Assembly (NCBI GenBank): GCA_951406725.2
Contig: OX597818.1
Coordinates: 103,974,001 to 104,038,000, forward strand
DNA length: 64,000 bases
Direction of reading: 5' to 3'
Source of the DNA: Octopus vulgaris
Taxonomy: Eukaryota
Shown here: one piece after another, positions 53,397-64,000 of the stretch
How positions within the stretch are numbered: the first letter of the stretch is position 1
How the letters are laid out: each line of letters starts with the position of its first letter
Notes under the pieces: model-generated
Database searches by the model: none
Told to the model about the DNA's origin: nothing
What the model saw: only the letters and a program-made list of their open reading frames with translations
Position numbers and translations under genes: made by a program

Positions 53397-54231
53397 ATGC
53401 AAGCAAGGTGTCCCCAGAAACAATGGCAGATGGAGGTAGTAGAAGCAGTGGTGATAGAAACAAAGAAGGAAAAGGATGAGGAAGTTGCGGCAGACAGGAA
53501 AAGGACGAGAGTGGAGTTTCCGCCAAAGAGTTCTAAGAAAAGAAACGCGGAGACAAAGAAACAAGTTACAATGCAAAAAGAAAGTAAGGGGATTCGAACT
53601 CAGGAACCAGAGCCAACAACAAGTAGGAGGGAAAAAACCGAAGAGCAAAGAGCGAGAGAGAAGTTTGATGAGTGGAAGAAGAAATTCAGGAGAGAAGAAT
53701 ATGTAGCACAAACAGGGCAGACTGCTGGACGAAGTATAAGAACAATGTTAAGATACGAAAAGGATATAGAAATAGAGAAGAGATTAGCAAAAATGAAAAA
53801 TCTAATAAGAGTTAAACTGAATGATGAAATGTTCGAACCCGATGAAAGAGCGGCATTACTGGCGAGCTGGCAGAATCGTTAGCACGCCGGGTGAAATAAG
53901 TAGCCGTATTTCGTCTGCCGTTACGTTCTGAGTTCAAATTTCGCCGTGGTCGACTTTGACTTTCATCCTTTTGGGATCGATAAATTAAGTACCAGTTACG
54001 TACTGGAGTCGATGTAATCGGCTTGATCCGTTTGTCTCTCCTTGTTTGTCCCTCTCTGTGTTTAGCCCCTTGTGGGTAGTAAAGAAATAAGTATCATTGG
54101 TGAATGAGAGTAAAGAAAAACTGATGGGGTTATTTGGAACCAGAATCAGACCTTCCGGGTTATGTATCCAATATGATAGTTTACCCAATGTTATGGAATT
54201 TGGAGAACCTCATGGAATACGTAACAGATAA
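53397..54231 (+). pseudogene. Orphan K/E/R-rich ORF apparently interrupted by a SINE
   Basis: The frame is open for 154 codons up to the SINE at 53861. Removing 53861-54089 joins it in frame to 46 more codons ending at TAA 54229-54231. No recognised domain. Confidence 0.35.
53861..54089 (+). mobile_element. SINE S2 monomer
   Basis: GGCGAGCTGGCAGAATCG..GTGGGTAGTAAAGAAATA. Confidence 0.88.
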
Positions 54232-54567
54232 AAGAGATTGATAATTAATATGTATAATTAGAATAGTAAAATGGAAATGCGAGCTTGTGGGGTGGGGGCT
54301 ATGTAAGTCATTTCATTTCTTTTCATTCGATTTTATTGTCACACATATTTTCATTATACGTTTTATGTACCCCACGTTTTGTGTTGTCTGTCTTCGTCTT
54401 GTCCCCTTTATATTCAGGCTATAGTAGTAGTAGTAGTAGTAGTTGTTGTTGTTCTTGTTGTTGTTTTATTTCTCACAACGCTCGGTCTAGTTCCGGGGGA
54501 TTCTGTGAGAGCGGACTGCGGCTTGCTGTCAGAGATCTCACTAGGCCACTTAATCGTTTTCATTAAG

Positions 54568-54755
54568 GAGGCGTGCTGGCAGAATCGTTAGCATGCTGGG
54601 CGAAATGCTTAGTGACATTTGGTCCGTCTTTATGTTCAGTTCAAATTCCGCCTACGACTTTGCCTTTCACCCTTTCGGGGTCGATAAGATAAGTACCAGT
54701 TGGGTACTGATACCTACTTCATTTAAGGCCTTGTGCCTATTGTCGAAAGGATAAT
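54568..54755 (+). mobile_element. SINE S2 monomer, diverged
   Basis: GGAGGCGTGCTGGCAGAATCGTTAGCA..CCTTGTGCCTA. Confidence 0.75.
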
Positions 54756-55688
54756 TGCTAATACCATTATTACTACTACTACTAGTAGTAATAATGGTAT
54801 TAGCAATTATCCTCCAAGGAGGAGGAGGAGGAAGAGGGGGAGGCGGAAGTGGAAGGTATTGTTTTTTTTTTTTCTTGTTTATGCTCAGAAATTCGTATTT
54901 TTTATGGAGCAGCCGCTGGTATTACGAATATCTTCCCAATTTTTTCATCCGATTTCACGTGATGAATACAGATTCGCAGAAAAAATATTGCCGAGATTTT
55001 TCAATACAAGAGTAAAGATTACGCGTTAATATTCGTGTGCATATTTTTGTATTTGTATGTGTTATCTTTGCTCATATGTGGAAATTGACTAAAATATGCT
55101 TCATTTATGGAGATAATTCGTGCCGCAAACAGAAGATTTGCTGGACATGTGAGGTTGCATTAAATATCATTTTAAAAAGGCATTGTGAACCAATACGGGA
55201 TGGAGAATAATATAAAGGAGTGAAGGAAGAAAGAATGTAGAAAGTGAGGCAAGAAAAAAAGGAAATGAAACGGCATACAAAAGAAACGGTCTGAAATAAC
55301 AGAAAATATTCAGAAAGGGAAGATTTCAACAAATAAAATAACCAGCGGAATCGTAAAAAAAAAAGCTGAATAGTAAATAATAAAATATAAATATGAAAGA
55401 CCTCGGGCCAAAAATATGGAAAAATAACAAAGAATGAAAGAAAATTGGAATAATTCTTAGAAACTAAGTAAAAGAAATAACACTCACAAATCAGTGTGAT
55501 ACGTTGGAATCATAAAATTGGTTTGAAAAAGAAAGAAAACATCTTAGAAAAATCATAAGAAGCAAAGGAAAGAAACGATATTTAGTAAGAGAGAAATATG
55601 TGTGTCTTAGTACACGTGCGTAAGCACTCTACATAAACAGACACACACAAACAACTATATATATATATATATATACATATATATATAA

Positions 55689-55932
55689 TTACAATTGATA
55701 TGAGGAATGACCACTCAAGTGGAATCCGATACGCTAGAAATAGACGTCAAATCGCCTTACCTCAAAGAGGTGATTTGACGTCTATTTCTAGCGTGTAGAA
55801 TTCCACTTTAGTGGTCATTCCTCTTAATAATTGTAATATAATTTTTAAACGTTCGGATTTTTTCGAATATGCTAGACCACTGGTTTAAATTGATTTTAAT
55901 AGATTAATATCAATTTCTACCCTCATTATTTA

Positions 55933-55933
<1 letters not shown>
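55689..55933. repeat. Fold-back insert in (TA)n, probable PLE end
   Basis: GAGGAATGACCACT..GCTAGAAATAGACGTCAAATC is inverted to GATTTGACGTCTATTTCTAGC..AGTGGTCATTCCTC (55689-55836), followed by an unpaired tail. Confidence 0.7.
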
Positions 55934-55970
<37 letters not shown>

Positions 55971-56385
55971 GGTATATATATATATATATATCGTTGCTAT
56001 TAAATTGTCGTATGTCCAAATTTTGCCAAATGCATTTTTGTTTCCATATATATTTTTCCATGCAATAGCCGGTTCTCTTGGCCAAAATGTCGTATCTCTA
56101 GCTTCTTTAGATACCAAGATATCAAAAATAATCAATGGTTTTGCTATGGAATGATGAGACTATGTTTCCGATTACTTAAAAAGCAACATTTTGGACTTAC
56201 GACACTTCTGCATAACTGTACGCGTGATATCGATGACGCGTTCGTTGAAAGCGTGCGAAATAACCTGGAAAAGAAAAAAAACGAAAGAAATCTCCGTTGC
56301 TGGGAAATTCAGACGTTCCCTGTGACCCAACGGATCACGGATAGTCTAATATATGTATGTATGTATGTATGTATATATATATATA

Positions 56386-57185
<800 letters not shown>

Positions 57186-58866
57186 TGTGTGTATCATTAA
57201 TCTATGGTAATAGTTGAATAATATTCTCAAGGCTACAATTTACTCACGCGCAGCATCTTCAGAGCTTTGTTGCTAATTTCAGTTCTTAATCATATTGGAA
57301 ACTGTTGCATTTTTGAAGGGGACTGGTCCCTATTTACATATTTGCAAATTGAGATTTGGTTCAGCAGAAAAAAGTTTACATTAAAACTTCTGGGAAAGTT
57401 AAACGAGTAAGTAGTGACTCCAATCAAGTTTAGATCTAAATAAATTTCTTTTACTTAAAGGCAAAATATGTTTATCTTAGTTTCGTTTAGAAAAGAAAGC
57501 ATAACAAATTTCATAGATTCGGTCCCATGCAAGAAGAATTTGTATCAAAAAAGTTGTGAGGTAAAATATCATGAAAAAATGTAAGGTAAAAGATTGGATT
57601 TAAACATAATTAATTTTTTTTAAATTCAAAAACAAACTATATTTTAATTAAGCTCAAATGACAGAGCCCGATTTGAGGAATTTCATGGTATCAATTTTAT
57701 ACAATGAAGTTTAAAATGAAAAAATGTATGGGTGTTTGTTTCTCAAATTTGAGAATGATAATATACTTTTTTTTATGAAAATTGTTCTATAAGAGGACAT
57801 TTGATATATGTCAACAGCATCATTGAGATAAGGAAAAAAATGTTATCAATGACACTGCCAATTTGCAATTAGTTTAATAATGCCATCTATGTTAATTAAT
57901 GCAATTATATCATGTAATTATATTCCGTAATATCTGAGACGAGAAAGAAGTTTTACAAGAGAAAATATTTGAGTGTTTGTTTCTCAAACATGAGGGTGAT
58001 GATATAGTTCCATGCTTTTTTTATTAATATAGTTCTATAAAAGGCCTTAAAATATATGCCACCACCATCGTTGGAGGTAATTTTCAATAAGGTAAAATCT
58101 TAAATATTTAATTGACACATTAGTAATTAGCATAGTAGCATAGCCTGGAGAAAACTTGGATCACAGAAAAATGCGATCAAGAGAAAAGATTATAAACCTG
58201 GAAAAGTGCAGTACAATTTACTGCACTTGGAAAAGCTCTGGATAAGTTATTATATCTGGTAAAATACAGAAGAAGAAAAGTTTTACTTAAATATTGCAGC
58301 TGAGGATAACATTTGAATATTAATTTGATTTTAAATTACGAAGTAACATTACAATTTAGAAAAAGGTATCATCGTTTTGTTGAAATATTGACACGATAGA
58401 ATATTTTAAAATGAGAGCCTGAAGTACCAGTATAGCTAAAGTTGTATGCAAAGTACAATATTATATACGGCATGCACATAGGCATTGGGTCAAGACTAAA
58501 TATGTGAAGACTTGGCAATAATTTAGCTATAACCCAAGCAAATTCTACTGTGAATTTGTTATAGGTAGATTTTATCATTATTATTATTAATTTTGTACTA
58601 TTCTAATTATTGTACTAATTATGTACTACTATTACTTCTTCTTACCTATTTTCAAATTTCTAATTATTAATAATTTAAAAAAACTAAGTTTTTTAAAGTG
58701 CAAAAACTAAAACTAATTTGAGTTAATTTTTAAAACTTTTAATGCAAAGTAACAACTAATAACATATAGAAGTAATAACTTGTAATAAAATTTTTAGTTT
58801 TAATAAAAGCTACTATTTTCTAAATCTAAATATTTTATTTGAACTTTTATCCTTAGCTGCAATACT

Positions 58867-60600
58867 TTAAGTAAAAATGTCCTTGTTCTGTATTTTACCA
58901 GATATATCTTGTCCTTGATATATGTTGGTCTTGTACCACGTGTTTACATTGTTTGCTTTTTCACAAACCCTTTGTATTCTATTCAAGTCTTTGCTTCTAT
59001 ATTTAGGGCAGGTGCCACTGGTTTCATTACATATGATGTTATCTAACTTCTTTCTAGCACCCCTGTATACCCGAACCCTATCTTTCTGATCATATTCAGG
59101 GGACACGTTATTCATTATCTTAAGTAAATCTGTTATCAGTATGTTGATTTTCACGCTGTGTGACAAAGCTGGGTTCTTGTGAACAACATATTTCGAAGCT
59201 ATGGGTTGCATGTAATAGGAGTGGAGGTGCTGTACTGTGTTTTTCACAATCTCTAACCAAAGTTCAGTATCAAGGGCGGGGAGTCTATTGGTGGGGTGCC
59301 TAGTGGGGGTAAACTATAGTTACCTTGATATTTTGGTGGATGGAGTTGGCTACATGCTGGAACTCTCAATTATGTTTCTCTCGGTTTCTACGTTACTGTT
59401 ATTAGATTTGTCTTTTACTAGAATATTAACGTCGTTTACATACCTATAGTAAGGATTGTTTAAGTTTTCTCTCCCACCAAGTCATGAAAAATCCGTCCAC
59501 ATCTCCGGCTACACCAACACCAATGGCGGCACCTTGAACCTGCATGCATAGTTTCTTGTTAAAATTTATTATGTGGTTCTTCAAAGTAGTTCCTGAGCTA
59601 GCACCTATTACATGTGCAATCATTCCTTTCACCTGATTGTTGTTCTCGGGGTCTTGGGTGAATATGGACCAGCCACTCCAGCGCTCTGCGGTGCTTCTCT
59701 TCACTGCTGAGATGATGGCAGGTGATCATATTCCTTGTAATCTGGTGGGATAGAATCCACTATGGTCATGGTTGTCTAAATAGTTACCCTCACAGCTCGG
59801 TTTAAAGAGGAACCCCAGTTACCGCCGCGTGTTGACTTCACTGAATTTTACTTCACGCTCACAGATAATCTCAATGCATTTTTCCACAGCACAACCTCTG
59901 TCTATACATGGATAGAGTGAAACTAAATCCATACTACACATTGCACAATCTGTGAGGTCGTTGGAGTGACTGCAACTACGGATTCTACTGAAGAAACCCT
60001 CCGTGCTCGCACAGACATCTAAGGACATTTCAGTAAGAGGTCGTAATAGTTGTGTGAGGAAGTAGGATAGTCTATAATTTCTGGAGATATTCGCTCCGCA
60101 ACTGGTCGGGTTGGGGCCGCATAAGGGATTCATGTAGGGTTTATGGTCTTTACGTAACATATATAGCCTAGGATTATAATTGTCGCATGCTTGGAAATTG
60201 CGTGCAGTCTGTTTCTTGGGTTGGTATATGTTGCACCACATTCCCATATTTACATTAAGGAGATTTTCTTCTCTGTCATGTTCCTGTGGTGCAACTTTCC
60301 TCATACTACTGATGAGGTTTTGCATGGTTTGGGCATAGTTCTGCTAGACTTGCATGTAGGGTGTCCCACTAATTCCTTGTTCCTATATTCTTGTTTCGGT
60401 TTTCGTAGGCATTTGGCAACTGATGAGCCGAGTTTGTGAGTCCCCTCATTATGTTTTTTGTGGTTTTGTTGTACCGGTCTAAGATATTCCTATTTAAGGA
60501 GATCTTTGCTTCTGTTTCACTGTCAATCTGAGGTGAGATACACATCCTTAAGTTAAAGAGTACGTCTGTGGGGTAGATCGTCGTCAATTCATATGATTTG
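58867..60600 (-). mobile_element. Decayed Penelope-like reverse transcriptase
   Basis: YMLRKDHK, CGANISRN..LS, SMDLVSLYPCID, QVQGAAIG..FMTWW, RYVND (59431-59445), RLPALDTELW and HSYYMQPIAS..ALS. Confidence 0.8.
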
Positions 60601-60639
60601 CTGTTACACTTACAGAAGACAGATTATAGAGTGTTATTA

Positions 60640-60952
60640 TCGTTGCGCATAGACGTAGATAACTTCCGCCCGCAAACATACACTATATGCATGCACACTA
60701 TTCGGTCATAGACACATACACATACAAACATACATACACATGTACACACGCCACCTGAACAAGCACACATCACCTCCTACAAACAACACATATACACACA
60801 CATACACGTTAGACACACTCGTCTCCATTCACACACGCACAACCACAAACACCATTATCACATTCACACACAATCTTGCGCGCCTTACTTCTATGAGGTC
60901 CACATTACTTTTACCGTTATTATTTCTATTATTATTATTATTATTATTATTA

Positions 60953-60999
<47 letters not shown>

Positions 61000-61210
61000 G
61001 CCTCTTTTTCATTCAGCATATTTTTTTCTGTCATTTCGCCTTGTTGGACCGTTGAAAACTACACATATTTTCTGTCACGGGTTTTTTTTCTGTCGAAGAG
61101 CGTAGACTCGAAACCTAAAAGACTTTTCTATTTTTCTGTAGCGCTAAACTATTATACCTGCTTATTGTTACTATACCTGTTTTCGTCTTTCGTTTTCTGT
61201 AAATTTGAAC
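60640..61210 (+). mobile_element. Probable PLE pLTR with decayed hammerhead-like motif (61086-61120)
   Basis: TTTT CTGTCGA A GAG CGTAGA CTC GAAA CC TA AAA. It has the same layout as the 17485 motif and ends ...TTTGAAC-(TA)n. Confidence 0.55.
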
Positions 61211-63326
61211 TATATATATATATATATATAAAAGCGCACACACTCTCATACACATCTTCGCACACACATACGCGCAAGACTATACGCATATATTGGAAAA
61301 CACATACCCACATATGTACCAGCACATAAATGAAGAGAGAATAAAACTTTCTTGCAAAAATGAATGTATATGGAAATTTAGAGTCTTTAGTACGAAGTCG
61401 GAACTGTAGATAATACAGAAATATTAATACACGTGTTTTTATCTATTTGCTCTTCTTATCTTTTTTTTATTATATCATTTGGCAAAACTGTTTACTACAA
61501 ATTTTAAGTATTGCCGCTGTTTTGTTCTATTATATTTGCTATTTTTAATTATGACTTTAATAATTTATTATTTTGAATTATTTCTTTAGTGTACGAAGAT
61601 TATATAGCTTGGAATTATCAAGGTTATATCTTTTTCAAATAGCAAAACTTAAGAAGTGTTCTAATCTTGAGCGTTGAATAATAATAATAACAATGGCAAT
61701 AGTAATCTTGTATATAAATAATTAATTTAACAATCGTAGAATCATTAATGTATTTGTTGAATTATAATATTACTAACGTTTTAAATAATAAATCTATACG
61801 CTTAATGAGAAGCGTATAATATTTACTTAATATAAATTACGTTTACAGATATATTATAACAGCGTATATAATACTGAGCGAAAGTAAACACACATAGGTA
61901 AGCACATATGTATATAAGTTTAGAGAATGTTGTATAAATGTATACACACTCGAGTAAAACTATGTAAGAGGAATTTATTCCTAAACGTAATTCGCCTGGC
62001 CTTAAACGCTGGAATTCAAATGATTCATCGTGCTTCTGGAACGGACAAATTGCATGCACATATACACATCTTATGAATGCGTGTCATAGAATAGGCGAAT
62101 AAAAATATACCATATAAAACATATCATTTTACGTGAAATTATGCTCATAATAATAATCAAACACACACATACACACACACACGCATATATGAAATAAAGG
62201 AATACATTTGACAAAGTAACAATTTAATTAAATTTATTATACTATAAAGATACAATATATTATATATTATATTATATTATATTATAATATATCATAATAT
62301 ATTTAAAGCATATAAAGACAACAATTTGTTTAGAATTATATCCATTAGTTGATTCATATAATGATCCCTTTCCACGTATAGAATTATCTTGGATCAAAAA
62401 GACAGGCGAAATTCCATGTAATTATCAATCTATGTACAAGTATCTATATGTACGTGTATTAGTATTCAAAAACATGTCTCCATGTTTGTATTGCCTTTCT
62501 GTATCTGTTTCTGTCTATGAGATCCGCTATGCTTCTATATTTATGTATGTATGCGTAAGCGCGAAAAAGAAACGGTAACTACAGTCCATATCTTCTTGAC
62601 AGCCTTTGCTATCTAATTCTATTTTCGGTATTGGTGAAAGGTTGAAAGCAGTCTCACGGAGAAAGCAATCGGATGAAAACATTTTGATATATATGAAAAC
62701 GTCTCTGTGTACAAATGTATTCTACTTTCGAAATGTCAATTGTCTTCATATGTACCTCTACCCACTCTCTTATATTTTTCCTCCCCTTTTTCCTCTTCTC
62801 CGAAACGTTGCCGACACCTCTTTCTGACGTAAACAGAGTGGGTGTATAACGTTTCTAGCATGGTTCCTTTCTCACGAAGAGCCATGCTCGAAGTGTTATG
62901 CATCCACCCTTTTTGCCATCTTATACTGAACCTCAACTTAATGCATTCTACGTGTACGTCCTTTTGACGTTCGTTGTTTTGTTACTTGTTATTTTCAATT
63001 TTCAATTTTCATTATGGCTAAGATCAAGGTCTAATATCTACTCTTACCAGTTTAATATATATACACAAACAAACACACACATACATATATACATGTATTA
63101 AAATGATGGTATGCAGCGGGTTGAACCCAGAAACTGCGCTGTACTCTCTAAATCTGTTAATTACATTCTATCCCAATTTCTGTGAAGATGACCATTTATG
63201 TTGTCCGTCAAATCTAAAACTGCAGCTCGATATGGCCTTGTATCTATGTTTTTTTCCTTACCTTACTCCACAGTGTATGCAATGGAAACAAGCCATTATC
63301 AAGATACTTCTGCGCCACCGAATGCC

Positions 63327-63362
<36 letters not shown>

Positions 63363-64000
63363 GCAAACAAATATTAATTATCACAACAACATCGATATCG
63401 TTCATACTCCCAACGCCATCTAAACTCATTCACTTACAGACAAATTGAGTTGCTCTTTTTGTCATGTAATATTTTCTGAATATATTTAGAGAAACTCAAC
63501 ATTAACATGCTACAAACATTGCTCACCCCGTATTCCAAAATATTCATATATAAATTTATATATCCATTTATTAATTTACGTATAGTATGTTTGTACTATT
63601 CTGTGTATTTGTATGCACATACGTATGCACATATTTATCATCAGATATACATAATCACATATGCGTTATATGTATGTACGTGTGTGTACGTGCTTATCTG
63701 TTCAAACCGAATTTCTTGAAAAGAAGGATGTGATTTCTTTCTTATTTGACTTGAAATATATTTCACATGTCAAATGAGAAAAAACATATGTCTATATACT
63801 TCAGTATATTTACGGTCATACTCTGTACTGATCGGTTGTCTTTAATTTTTCTTGAAAATTCACAGTCTAACCCCCGTGTTTAGTGAATCAAAATTAACTA
63901 AAAGTACTTGTCAGGTTTCTCTGCGTTCCTACATTAATTCGTAGAATATTCATGCTTGATTGAAAGGTTCTGAAGTTTTCCTTTGTTATTCTGTAGAAAT

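Overview
AT-rich eukaryotic (animal) DNA that looks intergenic or intronic. It is saturated with microsatellites and retroelements. The SINE families and (TA)n/(AAT)n density resemble Octopus/cephalopod genomes (recognition from memory, not verified). I found no recognisable host protein-coding gene, and most short ORFs in the track are microsatellite artefacts. The window holds one near-full-length but dead R4/Dong-type RLE non-LTR retrotransposon plus three fragments, a 5'-truncated CR1-type LINE, an RTE-type remnant, an internally deleted mariner, a pogo-type MITE, about 20 tRNA-derived SINEs in four modular families, and many Penelope-like element (PLE) remnants. The most interesting signal is a small PLE-derived unit built from a tRNA-like Pol III head, an (AAT)n tract and a minimal hammerhead ribozyme. 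It occurs twice as a head-to-head fold-back insertion bounded by 13-15 bp target-site duplications. A third copy is still attached to the C-terminus of a PLE GIY-YIG endonuclease. At least four further, unrelated hammerhead-like motifs lie in other putative PLE ends.
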